Assembly: GCA_045596865.1 (NCBI GenBank)
Contig: JAZODF010000039.1
Location: forward strand, 2,245 to 66,244
Length of the DNA stretch: 64,000 nucleotides
Direction of reading: 5' to 3'
From: Eubacteriales bacterium
GTDB lineage: Bacteria; Bacillota; Clostridia; Oscillospirales; CAG-272
Under the pieces are notes generated by a model that saw only the letters and a list, made by a program, of their open reading frames with translations, was not told the origin of the DNA and ran no database searches. Each line of letters opens with the position of its first letter. Position 1 is the stretch's first letter. A program made the translations under genes and the position numbers. Below, in pieces: positions 46,801-57,300 of this stretch.

Positions 46801-48324
46801 TCATACGCCTACGATTCGTTCGGTCAGCTCGTCCGCGAGAATAATCAACGGCTTGGTAAAACCTTTACGTACTCCTACGACACCCTCGGAAATATTACGA
46901 GCGTGGATGAATACGCCTACACCACGTCAAGCACGCTCGGCACGAGAACCTCGCAAAAGAGCTTCGTATATCAGGCGGATAGGTTAACAAATGCAAACGG
47001 ACAAAGCATCGGATACGACACCCTCGGGCGTCCAACCACCGTCGGTACGCTAAGTTATCAATGGTCGAGGAACAAGCTCTCGGGAGTCACCCGTGGCTCG
47101 TTGTCGCAGTACGGGGCGCTATATCATAATATCACCTTTGATTACAACGGTTTGGGTCAGCGCACGGGAAAGCATTATCAGTATGATACGACCGTTGGAA
47201 GCACTAACGATTTGTCCTATACGTACGATACCGAGTACAACTACGATGACGCGGGTAGGCTGATGCGCGAGGTTTGCACCGAGCATTATATGCACGGCGC
47301 AACGACCGTTTACGAGCTTATTTACCTCTATAACGAGTCGGGTATGATCGGCGTACGCCTGAGCGTTAACGGTGGGGCATTTACCGACTATTACTACCGC
47401 AGAAATGCTCTCGGCGACGTGATTGCTATTTATAACACAAGCTACACGCGCGTGGTTGAGTATGCCTACGACGCGTGGGGCAATTGCACGACCCTTATCG
47501 GCAGTACGACCGCAATAGGACAGATAAATCCCATCCTATACAGAGGATACTACCGCGATAGGGAAACGGGGCTATATTTCTGCAATTCGAGGTATTATGA
47601 CCCTAGCTGGCGTAGGTTTATCTCGCCCGACGATACTGCGTATCTTGATCCCGAAAACGTCAACGGTCTGAACTTGTATGCATACTGTGGTAATGATCCT
47701 GTAAATTATGTCGATCCGAGTGGTTGTAGTTCTAACTCTTTATGGAAGACTATTTTTGGGGTGGCTATTGGGGTTGGATTAGCCGCTTTGGCTATTGGTG
47801 CAACCATACTTACGGGTGGTTCCTTTGCGGCAATAGGTATTGGTTTCGTATTAGGAGCTACAGCTAGTTTTGTTGGACAGGGTGTTGGAAATGTCCTTAG
47901 TGGCGAGAACTTCTTTGATGGAATAAGCATTGGTTCCATAATTATGGGAGGATTGGCAGGAGCTGCATTCGCCACCGGTGTAGGAGGTTTATGGGGTGCA
48001 GTTGCTATCGGAGCAGCCTCTAACGCTGGAACTTCTGCTTTGGAAAATAAGAGTTGGGCAAATATTGCAGGAAGTGCGGTAGTTGGAGGAATCGCAGCAG
48101 GTATTGGATATGGAGTCGGAAAGTTTGCCTCCAACCATATTTATAAAAACACAGGGATGACATTTAATGACTTCTATAATTTGGGGATAGTTGATACGAA
48201 TCCAGTTATGGCCGCATTCTATGCCCTTGGAGCGTCTTGGTACACGTTTTTGCCAAATATTGCTACATCATCCTCGAGAGGATTAATCAAATTTCTAGGC
48301 AATAAAGGAATTGGGTGGTTTTAA
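43834..48324 (+). CDS. RHS/YD-repeat polymorphic toxin with glycine-zipper transmembrane C-terminal domain
   Basis: 1496 aa. Many YD repeats (e.g. YDKYGHILASLTYGSNG, YSYDTLGNITSV, YNYDDAGRLMRE). RHS core (YYYRRNALGDVIAIY...YAYDAWGN...YRGYYRDRETGLYFCNSRYYDPSWRRFISPD...YAYCGNDPVNYVDPSG). A 199-aa Gly/Ala-rich hydrophobic tail follows. Confidence 0.9.
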   Translation: MAYVKNFNPGQILLDLPSANHIYELPLLSFGDVNGSVGISVIYNRQFAAMGDQRFGFYMGYKLNLQKKILFSDNSSGNYIDANGKTIPFWRTEGVYLFEDEGTRVMVPIGTSYKVFYPDNSYEIFDQSGRITLMYDKYGHILASLTYGSNGLLTSITIKNKHVVSVSNNAANMISSISHNGLSIGFVHPAGPLNVSHYSGVSYSIVPTSGYGLTATATGTENSVSVSHSVRLTLSGTNVRSSYLINNNEIDYQIYSFPDEVNCQTLYNQVEITDKNGVKTRTQYQGKHPTYSYEVTGNDDVAFVDNKYGGAVTLHRQYLTTEDGKPKGIQRLKDGAAMLIAGSKEWFYDITEYSSVMANGYFVLSGWINAQTECDDPENVVMQLDTSTGPTYFSIDATPCNTWRYFAHTFKTSTAFVRIRIDSNKADLRDLRITFQETGKINNGDSSHLTLTSDVLYCRRANTASYDKVPLSEATFSHGAFSVPNEYEPNAKVYYNDILRYKKNQAAGVNTNHFYYNNGECVYILSSASDSYITVEYNGVSYNLHDAFLGNEVFRHGHGNVITQINNTTVAIGSQTQRRLVIQTKKATGELISSQTLDNKLDVISVTNEGVTTTYERTNGLITSESVSDSSGQILFTRTMSYGTDSGGNDVVTLVDEFGKSTVITLDSNHGVELSLTAPDNSITSNEYDSDYCALTKRTFSGSAPRSNQLAYFAGNLQGVNTGSLGYEFEYTDGKLSKVEKSDAPVEQHVNTDTSTTSHYPSSQSPLYSEITNFDKYGRPILIENQAAFTYSVFPNYNSSGEMTSNINNASSVPATVIDHVANETTRYSYNTSGKVISALVAATDDYSDKKRVSGCVYDAIGRLSMQNFAYGTGTNDMVFEQIGYRKAETDPTANNVIQSYSYYHIEHSSGIPVASSQNTFDSFNRISERSISLGNAVFTKQFNYNKTWLSSEYLCLNDSLSETIYYSRDDMGRLASTLISNPNSAYHTSYAYDSFGQLVRENNQRLGKTFTYSYDTLGNITSVDEYAYTTSSTLGTRTSQKSFVYQADRLTNANGQSIGYDTLGRPTTVGTLSYQWSRNKLSGVTRGSLSQYGALYHNITFDYNGLGQRTGKHYQYDTTVGSTNDLSYTYDTEYNYDDAGRLMREVCTEHYMHGATTVYELIYLYNESGMIGVRLSVNGGAFTDYYYRRNALGDVIAIYNTSYTRVVEYAYDAWGNCTTLIGSTTAIGQINPILYRGYYRDRETGLYFCNSRYYDPSWRRFISPDDTAYLDPENVNGLNLYAYCGNDPVNYVDPSGCSSNSLWKTIFGVAIGVGLAALAIGATILTGGSFAAIGIGFVLGATASFVGQGVGNVLSGENFFDGISIGSIIMGGLAGAAFATGVGGLWGAVAIGAASNAGTSALENKSWANIAGSAVVGGIAAGIGYGVGKFASNHIYKNTGMTFNDFYNLGIVDTNPVMAAFYALGASWYTFLPNIATSSSRGLIKFLGNKGIGWF

Positions 48325-48662
48325 TGAAAATGAGAGCAATAGAAATAGCAAACGGTTTTTTGTTGGTTTCATTAACAAGTGTAGATGTGATGTTAATTGT
48401 TAAATTCGGTTTAGCTAACGACGGTTGGCTTCTCATTGCACTTGCATTGATTTTCTTTATTATTTATATTGGTGGAAGACTTTCTCCTCGTTTTGCAGTG
48501 ACTTTGATACATAAACTATCAAAGAGAATGTATAGAGATTCAGACAACATTTCAGTACCGACATTGGAGGAAGCAAAGGAAACCTTTAAGAGCAGATTGC
48601 CTTATTTGTTGGTGATCGTTAATATTCTTATGCTGTTATTGATACTCACATTTTTGTTATAA
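48324..48662 (+). CDS. Putative cognate immunity protein (3-TM membrane protein)
   Basis: ATG overlaps the RHS TAA (TAATG). About 112 aa, AT-rich, two N-terminal TMs plus one C-terminal TM. An alternative GTG start is at 48315. Confidence 0.6.
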   Translation: MKMRAIEIANGFLLVSLTSVDVMLIVKFGLANDGWLLIALALIFFIIYIGGRLSPRFAVTLIHKLSKRMYRDSDNISVPTLEEAKETFKSRLPYLLVIVNILMLLLILTFLL

Positions 48663-48727
48663 CGTTCGCGTCATATAAGAAGTTTGGATTTACGGATCAA
48701 GAATAACTACATCAATTTATACCCATC

Positions 48728-48759
48728 GCGAGCTCTCCTTCGGGAGGGCTCGCTTTTTG
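48728..48759 (+). terminator. RHS-locus terminator
   Basis: GCGAGCTCTCC-TTCG-GGAGGGCTCGC then TTTTTG. Identical to 13890-13921. Confidence 0.8.
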
Positions 48760-48864
48760 TTTTTTCGAAAACGATGTAATTTTTCCCAAAAATATGGACA
48801 AACGGCGCGGGATGTGGTATAGTTAGGCTATACCAAAGGTATAGACACCGAAAGGAGAAACACT

Positions 48865-51213
48865 ATGATTACCGATATTCGTCCCGCCGTGGCGCTTCGC
48901 CTCGGCTCGCAAAAGGCACTGATAAACGGGGTGCGCACCATGCTGGACGCCGCGCCCTTCCTTCGTGACGGGGTGGTTTACCTCCCCACCGACGCGCTTG
49001 CCGACGTTCAACCGAGCGGCGAGATCATCACCGAGGGCGGTGCGAAATTTGCCACCGCGGTGAAGGACGCGTATATAAATATTGATTCGATGGGTCTTAT
49101 AATGATAGACCGCGACCCCGAGATAACCACCCTCAACCACAACGAGCACCGCGACTACATGATGAACCTGATGGCAGAGATGCTGTTCGACATTGAGCGC
49201 GTGCCGATGACGGCGGGACAATACGCACCCGCGACCGAGGAGCAAAGAGCGGCATACAAGCGGATCGGTGCGGATATTATCGCGCGCCTTGGCGCGCGGG
49301 TCGCGGTGCACCCCTGCATTTTCGGTAGCGCCGAGATCTTTGCAAGGCTCCGCGAGCTTTACGAGCGGGGCGAGGAGAGCACGCGGGGAATATTTGCCGC
49401 TGTGCTTGCCGAGTGTGAGCGGCTTTCCGCAAGGGAGGAGTTCGCCCTCAACCCCGAGGAAAACGGCCTTCTGACACCCATCACTATGCCCGCGGATTTC
49501 GTCGGCGGATATGACGTTGGCGGGCGACACTCCTTCTCCGAGGGGAAGGCCGACGTCGCAGTTTGCCTCGCCTTCGGTTACCTGATAACGGGCAAGGCGC
49601 TCTACGCGAAGCAGGCATACTACATCATTCGCGGCATCTGCGATTTCGAGCACTGGGGTCCCGGGCATTTCCTCAACTGCGCGGGTGCGGCGGCGCTCTC
49701 GGCGACGGTCTACGACTGGCTCTACCACGCGTGGGGAGAGATGGGCCTCGACCGCGGTATCATCAAGCGCGAGGTTTACTCACACGGAATATATCAGGGC
49801 TATCTGTCGGCTATTCACGACCGCTCCGACTACCCGTCGGCGAAGCAGGGCACGGGCTGGCGCTTCAAGGCGAAGCCCGACAACTGGAACGCGGTGTGCA
49901 ACGGCAGCCTTATCGTGGCGGCGTTGTCCTTCCTCACCGACGGGGTTGACGACGTCCTCGGACAGGAACAGATTGACATAACCGCCGAGCTCATCGGCTG
50001 CTCGCTCGCTACGATTTCACACGGGTCGCTGGTTTTGAAGCAATACGCGCCCGACGGCTCCTACGTCGAGTCGAACTCCTACTGGTCCTACGGCACCTCG
50101 GCGCTCTTCCGCGCTATCGGTGCGCTCTACGATGCGCTCGGCACCGACCTTGGTCTGTCGCTCTCGGGCGGACTTGACAAGACCTGCTACTACGCCCTCT
50201 CGGCAGAGTCGGCGGACTTCGTCGGATGGAATTACCACGACGGCTCGCTCGGGTCGCAGAACTCGAGCATATTCAACCTGTTTGCGACCGTGTCGGGCGA
50301 TCACGCGCTCTACGCATTCCGCGACCTGCACGTCCGCCGCGGCAAGTCGCCGAACTACCTTGACCTGCTCTACCACCCGCTCGCACGCGGGTACGAGATG
50401 CCCAAGCTGACCGCGCCCGCCCTCGACTGCTATATGGAGGGTATCGACGCGCTCGTAGTGCGTGACGGATGGGAGTCGGGCTCGCTTTACGCGGGAATCA
50501 TGGGCGGCTACAATCCTAATGGGGGTAGCCACAATCAGCTCGACTCGGGCTCCTTCGTCTATCACAATCACGGTGTGCTCTGGCTCACGGATATGGGCCC
50601 CGATTACTACAATATCACGGGCGGTTATTTCGGCAACTACAAGCTCTATCGCAGGTGTGCCGAGGGTAACAACGTCCTCTCGCTCCCCTCAATCGACTAC
50701 GGTCAGCTCGGCGACGCGACGGGCTACCTTTACGAGTACCGCACGGACACTACCCCCTACGCCATTATCGACAACCACGAGGTCTACGGTGACAAGGTCA
50801 CGGTGGCAAAGCGCGGTATGCTCCTGACAAACGACAGAAGGACGACCGTCATTCAGGACGAGGTCGAATTCGTCGCACCCACCGACGCGTATTGGGTCGC
50901 GCATTTCAATTCGAGCGAGATCACCGCGGCGGTCAGCAAGGATGGCGCGAGCGTCCTTCTCACCCACAAGGACGGCAAGTCCATCGCCATCCGCGCGATT
51001 GGCGACGCGGTGAGATTCATCGTACGCGACTGCTACGATTTCCTCCTGCCGACGACCGACAACTTCGAGGGTGAGTACGACCGCAGCTCCTACTCGCGCC
51101 TTGTTATCGAGTACAAGGGCACGGAGAAAATCAACCTCGCCGTCGTTATCGAGGACGAGTGCGAGCACGGCTACGACAAAGTCATCCCGATGGACGAGTG
51201 GGTAAATATTTAA
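48865..51213 (+). CDS. Heparinase II/III-like family protein with N-terminal stalk-like domain
   Basis: 782 aa. NWNAVCNGSL (toroid region) and GGSHNQLDSGSFVYHNHGVLWLTDMGPDYY (Hepar_II_III-like). No signal peptide. Confidence 0.6.
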   Translation: MITDIRPAVALRLGSQKALINGVRTMLDAAPFLRDGVVYLPTDALADVQPSGEIITEGGAKFATAVKDAYINIDSMGLIMIDRDPEITTLNHNEHRDYMMNLMAEMLFDIERVPMTAGQYAPATEEQRAAYKRIGADIIARLGARVAVHPCIFGSAEIFARLRELYERGEESTRGIFAAVLAECERLSAREEFALNPEENGLLTPITMPADFVGGYDVGGRHSFSEGKADVAVCLAFGYLITGKALYAKQAYYIIRGICDFEHWGPGHFLNCAGAAALSATVYDWLYHAWGEMGLDRGIIKREVYSHGIYQGYLSAIHDRSDYPSAKQGTGWRFKAKPDNWNAVCNGSLIVAALSFLTDGVDDVLGQEQIDITAELIGCSLATISHGSLVLKQYAPDGSYVESNSYWSYGTSALFRAIGALYDALGTDLGLSLSGGLDKTCYYALSAESADFVGWNYHDGSLGSQNSSIFNLFATVSGDHALYAFRDLHVRRGKSPNYLDLLYHPLARGYEMPKLTAPALDCYMEGIDALVVRDGWESGSLYAGIMGGYNPNGGSHNQLDSGSFVYHNHGVLWLTDMGPDYYNITGGYFGNYKLYRRCAEGNNVLSLPSIDYGQLGDATGYLYEYRTDTTPYAIIDNHEVYGDKVTVAKRGMLLTNDRRTTVIQDEVEFVAPTDAYWVAHFNSSEITAAVSKDGASVLLTHKDGKSIAIRAIGDAVRFIVRDCYDFLLPTTDNFEGEYDRSSYSRLVIEYKGTEKINLAVVIEDECEHGYDKVIPMDEWVNI

Positions 51214-51416
51214 TCCCGCCGCACGCCGTTAATTGTAAACAGTATTTTACATTCGTCGGTTGTTTTTGCCCCACCGCGCCGCGACAAAGCGCCCCTCAAA
51301 GGCTCAGCAAAACCGCGAATTTCGCACACAGGGTCGGACTTGTGATGTTTTTCGCGCATTCAAGCCCCCTTCGCGCATACCAACCGCGCGACAAAAACAA
51401 AAAAGGCAATAAAAAG

Positions 51417-51447
51417 GCACCAACGGGGTCACCGTTGGTGCCTTTTG
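51417..51447. terminator. Bidirectional terminator
   Basis: AAAAA-GGCACCAACGG-GGTCA-CCGTTGGTGCC-TTTT. Confidence 0.7.
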
Positions 51448-51493
51448 ATATGATAACGAGCGGTGCGCCGCCCGGGGGGACGGGCGAGTGCCG

Positions 51494-52852
51494 TCAGTTT
51501 TTCAGCGAGTGGATGGGTGCGGGAATACGCCCGCCGCGAGAGATAAACCGCTCGCAGGATTCGTCGAGAACGGGCATTATCGGTGCCCTGCCGAGCAGGC
51601 CGCCAAACTCGGCGTATTCGCCGACGCCCTTGCCAACGACGGGGATAACGCGCACCGCGGTGGTCTTCGTATTCACGACGCCGATGGAGATTTCGTCGGC
51701 GATGATGCCCGAGACGGTAGCCGCGCTGACGTCCCCGGGCAGGGCAATCATATCAAGTCCGACCGAGCATACCGCGGTCATTGCCTCCAGCTTCGCGAGC
51801 GAGAGGACGCCGCGCTCGGCGGCAGAGATCATGCCACGATCCTCCGACACGGGGATGAACGCGCCCGAGAGGCCGCCAACGTGACCAGACGCCATAACGC
51901 CGCCCTTTTTCACCGCGTCGTTAAGCAGGGCGAGCGCGGCGGTCGTGCCGTGCATGCCGCAGGTGGATATGCCCATATTTTCGATAATCTCGGCAACCGA
52001 GTCACCCGCCGCGGGGGTGGGTGCGAGCGAGAGGTCAACGATGCCGTAGGGCACGCCGAGCCGCTTTGCCGCCTCGGTGGCTATGAGCTGGCCGACGCGG
52101 GTTATCTTGAAGGCAATCTTCTTCACGGTGTCGGCAAGCGTCGAGAAGTCGCAATCCCCCGCCTCCCTGACCGCGGCGGCAACAACGCCCGGTCCGCTGA
52201 CGCCGACGTTTATGACGGTGTCGGGCTCACCAACGCCGTGGAGCGCGCCCGCCATGAAGGGGTTATCCTCGGGGATATTCGCAAAAACGACGAGCTTGGC
52301 ACAGCCGATGGAGTCACGCTCGGCGGTAGCGGCGGCTGTTTTCTTCACCACCTCGCCCATCAGGCGAACGGCGTCCATATTTATTCCCGCCTTGGTTGTT
52401 GCGACGTTGACCGAGGAGCAGACGTTCTCGGTAGTGGCAAGTGCCTCGGGGATAGAGTCGATAAGAGCACGCGAGCCCGGGGTGAAGCCCTTGTGCACGA
52501 GGGCGGAATAGCCGCCGATGAAGTTCACCCCAAGGGTGTCCGCCGCGCGCTGGAGCATTTTTGCAAGGCGGACGAAGCCGTCGGAGTCGAGCGACGCACC
52601 GACGAGCGAGATGGGGGTAACCGAAATGCGCTTGTTGACGATCGGGATGCCGTAGGTTGCCTCGAGCTCGTCACACACGGCAACAAGACGCGCCGCGGAG
52701 CGGGTAATCTTATCGAATATTTTCGCCTCCAGACGCGCGGGATCGTCCGACACGCAATCGAACAGGGAGATGCCCATCGTGACCGTGCGGATATCAAGGT
52801 TTTCCTCGCGGATCATGCGGATGGTTTGAAGGATGTCCTGTGTGTTGATCAT
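51494..52852 (-). CDS. UPF0210/DUF711 (PFL-like) family protein
   Basis: 452 aa. N-terminus [30 protein letters not shown] is typical of UPF0210. Confidence 0.8.
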   Translation of the reverse strand: MINTQDILQTIRMIREENLDIRTVTMGISLFDCVSDDPARLEAKIFDKITRSAARLVAVCDELEATYGIPIVNKRISVTPISLVGASLDSDGFVRLAKMLQRAADTLGVNFIGGYSALVHKGFTPGSRALIDSIPEALATTENVCSSVNVATTKAGINMDAVRLMGEVVKKTAAATAERDSIGCAKLVVFANIPEDNPFMAGALHGVGEPDTVINVGVSGPGVVAAAVREAGDCDFSTLADTVKKIAFKITRVGQLIATEAAKRLGVPYGIVDLSLAPTPAAGDSVAEIIENMGISTCGMHGTTAALALLNDAVKKGGVMASGHVGGLSGAFIPVSEDRGMISAAERGVLSLAKLEAMTAVCSVGLDMIALPGDVSAATVSGIIADEISIGVVNTKTTAVRVIPVVGKGVGEYAEFGGLLGRAPIMPVLDESCERFISRGGRIPAPIHSLKN

Positions 52853-52853
52853 A

Positions 52854-53123
52854 TCAGATTTTGTGCATGACGTTGAAGATATCCTCGTGCATTACGCGGA
52901 TGTCGACGCCACACTCCTTCCCCGCCAACGCCATGCCGTCGGCGAAGCTTTTGAAATCGACGTTAAGTCCGTCAAGCTCAACGAGCATGATCATCGCAAA
53001 ATATTCCGCAAGGACGGTCTGGCTGATGTCGACGATGTTTGCGCCGTATTTCGCGCACTCGTGGCTCGCCATGGCGATGATGCCGACGCGGTCCTTACCC
53101 GTTACGGTTACAACTGCCTTCAT
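52854..53123 (-). CDS. ACT domain protein (UPF0237 family)
   Basis: Start set to [16 protein letters not shown]. 89 aa. The usual partner gene of UPF0210. Confidence 0.8.
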   Translation of the reverse strand: MKAVVTVTGKDRVGIIAMASHECAKYGANIVDISQTVLAEYFAMIMLVELDGLNVDFKSFADGMALAGKECGVDIRVMHEDIFNVMHKI

Positions 53124-53163
53124 ATTAACACCTCTTTTTCGGGCCGTAGCCCGTGATGAAATA

Positions 53164-53192
53164 ATTTTACTACGCCCCGCGTACTTTCGCAA
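53164..53192 (-). promoter_or_regulatory. Putative promoter of the ACT-DUF711 operon
   Basis: Minus strand TTGCGA-N17-TAAAAT. Confidence 0.4.
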
Positions 53193-53439
53193 GGGTTTTT
53201 GTTGAATTTTTTTAATGTTTGTGATAGAATATAGATAACCGGTATTTTATAGACGCATTTTTGTGTATTTCTAACCGAAGCCCCGCGGGCACACGGGCGG
53301 CATAGCCGAGAAAAGCCGTGAGCACAGCCAAGAGATAAGGGTAGGTGCGAGGATATCGCATAGCGACGGCCGAGAGCAAAGAAGCACAAAGACGCGATGT
53401 AAATAATTATTTACACAAATTTTGACGAAAGAGGTAATT

Positions 53440-54342
53440 ATGGGCGACCCGTGTGGAGTTATTGTCATAAACAAGTGCGAGGGATTAACCTCGCAGGCGG
53501 TGGTAAACCGCACGAAAAGATTGCTCGGCGCGGCGAAGGCGGGGCACACCGGCACGCTTGACCCGATGGCAACGGGCGTCCTTCCCGTCCTTGTTGGACG
53601 GGCGGTCAAGGCGAGCGAGTTTATGCTCTCATCGGACAAGCATTACGGTGCTACCCTGCTGCTCGGAATCACCACCGACACCGAGGACGTGACGGGTGAG
53701 GTGCTTACCGAGTGTGACGCTATCCCGACAGAGGACGAGGTGCGCGCGGCGATAGCCGCGCACGTCGGCAAAATTTTGCAGACGCCGCCGATGTACTCGG
53801 CGCTGAAGGTGGGGGGCAGAAAGCTCTGCGACCTGGCGCGCGAGGGCAAGACGGTCGAGCGGGAGGCAAGAGAGATAACCGTCCTCTCGATCGGGGTCGA
53901 AAGACTGTCCGAGCGGGAATATTTCCTTGACGTGGTGTGCTCGAAGGGCACCTACATACGCACCCTGTGCGCCGACATCGGCAAAATGCTCGGCTGTGGG
54001 GGGACGATGAAGACGCTCTGCCGCCTTAGTGCGGCGGGATTTGACCTGTCACAGGCGGTGAGCCTTGACGAGCTGGAGGGGATGAGCGAGGAGGAGCGCG
54101 CGGCGCGCGTCCTGCCGACCGAGGTGATATTTGAGAAATATCCCGCGGTTACCCTTCCCGACTTTTTCTCCCGTCTTGCGCACTCGGGCCTTCCCATTTA
54201 TTTAAAGAAGATCGGCGTCGCGCTTGACGCAGGACAGATAGTCCGTATGTGCGACAAGGACGGCTTTTTCGCCGTAGGTGAGGTCCGCGACCTTGACGAC
54301 GGACGGGCAATCAAGCCAATAAGACAGTTCGGAGAAATATAA
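53440..54342 (+). CDS. truB: tRNA pseudouridine(55) synthase
   Basis: Start set to MGDPCGVIVINK (AAAGAGG RBS). Catalytic motif GHTGTLDPMATGVL. Confidence 0.9.
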   Translation: MGDPCGVIVINKCEGLTSQAVVNRTKRLLGAAKAGHTGTLDPMATGVLPVLVGRAVKASEFMLSSDKHYGATLLLGITTDTEDVTGEVLTECDAIPTEDEVRAAIAAHVGKILQTPPMYSALKVGGRKLCDLAREGKTVEREAREITVLSIGVERLSEREYFLDVVCSKGTYIRTLCADIGKMLGCGGTMKTLCRLSAAGFDLSQAVSLDELEGMSEEERAARVLPTEVIFEKYPAVTLPDFFSRLAHSGLPIYLKKIGVALDAGQIVRMCDKDGFFAVGEVRDLDDGRAIKPIRQFGEI

Positions 54343-57300
54343 ATGACAGGAAAGAGCAAAGCGGGCGCATCGCCCGAGATCATAGAGGAAAATGTAAACA
54401 ACAGTTGCGGTTTCGACAGCGCGGATTGTACCAAGGCAAACGGCACAAATCCCGCAAATTGCGACACATCCCCCGACTTAGCGGGTAGCCCTGTGGCGGT
54501 GGATGCAAACGCAACGTGCAAAAGCGCAAACGACGTCGCGACAAGCGTCACCCACCCCAAAACGGGCGCAAACCTTGACGCGGATGACCCCGACGCGACA
54601 CCCGAAGGCGAGCCAAGCGGCGCGAAGCCCGCACCCGAGGACAAGGGACCGACCTGGACGGATATGCAAAGGCTTGCAATCGACACGCGCGAGCGCACCC
54701 TGCTCGTTTCGGCGGCGGCAGGCTCGGGAAAGACGGCAACCCTGACCGAGCGTATCATTCGCTCGATAACCGACCCCGTGCATCCCGTCGGCATCGACGA
54801 GATGCTTATCGTTACCTTTACCCGCCTTGCCGCGGGCGAGCTTCGCGAGAGGATAGGCAAGGCGATCCGCAAGGAGATTGAGAAGAACCCCGGCAATCCC
54901 CACCTCGAGCGTCAGCTTCACGCCCTGCCGAGCGCGCGGATATGCACCATTGACTCCTTTTGCGCGGACATCCTCCGCGCGAATGCCGACCGCGTCGGCA
55001 TCAGCCCGACCTTCCGCATTCCCGACGAGGCTGAGTGCGCGCTCATCGGTGAGAACCTGCTCGACGGCATATTCTCCGCCATCTACGCGGGTGAGCTTGC
55101 CGAGGTTGCGACCCCCGCCGCCCTCTCCGCACTTGCCGAATGTCTGACCGACACGGGACGGGATACCGACCTCGCGGCGGTTGTCGGCGCAATACACCAC
55201 ACCACCATCTCGACCATCGAGGGGGCGGATTCGCTGCTCCCGCTCGTCGAGGAATATAACCCCGAGAAATTCACCACCGTAGAGAATACCCGCTTCGGGC
55301 GGTATATCATGGACCGCCTTAACGAGCTCGTCGCGCATTACAAGCCCATCCTCCTCCTTGCACGTCGCGAGGTTGAGGAGGTGACTCAAACCGACAAGAC
55401 GAAGAAGCTGCTCGACATGCTCGCCGAGGACATCAAGCTCATCACCGACATTGAGGCGGCAAACGGCTACGCCGCGGTGCGCGAGGTCGTCCGCGCGGCA
55501 AAGTTCTCCAAGGCGGCGAACAACACCGACCCTACCCTGCCCCCGACGACGATGATCCACGGCTCGCTCCGTGACGAGCTGACCGCCCTTTCGGGCAAAT
55601 TCTTCCTGCATACCGAGGAGGATTGGAGGGTCGCGTACAGCGGCCTTTACGTCCAGATCGGCACGCTTTACCGTATCATCAAGCACTACGACCTGACCCT
55701 CCGTCGCGAGAAGGAGCGGCGCGGCATCTGCGAATTTTCGGACATCGAGAGATACACCTACGAATGCATGTGGCAAAACGGCGAGCGCACCGACGTCGCC
55801 CGCGCACAGGCGAAGCTGTACGCGCAGATATACATCGACGAGTATCAGGACGTCAACAACTTGCAGGACGCGATCTTCGAGGCGATCTCCACGCCCACCT
55901 CGCGCTTCATGGTCGGCGACATCAAGCAGAGCATCTACCGCTTCCGTAGCGCGAACCCCGACATCTTCGCAAGGATGAAGCGCACCTACCCCGAGATCAG
56001 CGTCGCGGGCGATTCGCCAAACGCGGCGATATTCATGTCGGACAATTTTCGTTGCGACAGGGGTATTATCGATTTCGTCAACCGCGTGTTTGACCGCGTG
56101 TTCGGCATCATCGGCGAGTCTATCGGCTACGTCCCGAGTGACCGCCTCGTCTGCAGTAAATACAAGAACAAGACCGAGCCGCCCTATCGCGCACCCGAGG
56201 TGTGCCTCATCGACAGCTCGGCAATCAAGAAAAAGCACAAGGACGACCCAAATTTCGAGGCCGGCCTGCTCACCCCGTACGCGGTGGCGGAGAAGATCCG
56301 CGAGCTCATCGAGGGGGGCGAGTGCAAGAACGACGGCACACCCATCACCCCGGGTGACATCGCCATCATCATGCGCACCGCGAAGGGGCGCATCGGCTAC
56401 TACAAGCAGGCGCTCGACGAATACGGCATACCCGCCGCCGTCGCGGAGGAAACGAAATTCTTCCTCACCCCCGAGGCGCTCCTCGCGCTCTGCCTGCTCA
56501 ACTCCATCGACAACCCGCACAGGGATATCTACCTCGCGGGGCTGATGCTCTCACCGCTATACGGCTTCACCGAGGACGAGCTGACCGTCATCCGTCGCAC
56601 GCGCGGCGGCACGCTCTACGAGTCGCTCACAGGCTTCTGCCGCGACAACCCCGATTTTGAGAAGGGGTCAAAATTCATCGAGCAGCTGAATCACTACCGC
56701 CTCCTATCCGAGGGGACGCCGACCGACGTGCTTATGCTCCGCCTTTATCACGAAACCGGCCTGCTCGCCCTCGCGGCGAAGAACGGCGGCCGCGACAGGC
56801 TCCTGCGCCTCTACGAATACGCGCGTAGCTTCGAGGCGAGCTCGTTCAAGGGGCTATACAACTTTATCACCTATCTCAACGGGATCACCGAGCGCAAAAA
56901 CGCGCTCGACAAGCGCGAGGCACCCCGCGACCCGCACGCGGTCGCGATCCTCACCTCCCACGGCTCGAAGGGGCTTGAGTACCCCGTCGTGTTCTACGTC
57001 GGCTCGGAGGAGGGGCTTGGCGGCGGGGGCGGCGCGCCCCCACGGTTTGAGTATTCCGAGGGGTTTGGCATAGGTATGTTTCTTCGCACGCCGTCGGGGC
57101 TCGCGCTGGTGAAAAACGCGACCAAGGCGGTCATCGCCGACCACGCACGCCGCCTCGAGATAGAGGAGGAGGCACGTATTCTCTACGTCACGCTGACCCG
57201 TGCGCGTGAGCGGCTGTACGTCGTGGCGAACGCGGGCAAGAAGATGGCGGACTTTGATAAGGAGATCGCCTACGCCCGTGAGTACATTGATTCCTATACT

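Noticed and set aside
54478-56520. 680-aa ORF on the minus strand
   Set aside because: It is antisense to addA (Walker A, DEYQD and nuclease motifs lie on the plus strand). It is Arg/Gly/Val/Asp-rich with no motifs.
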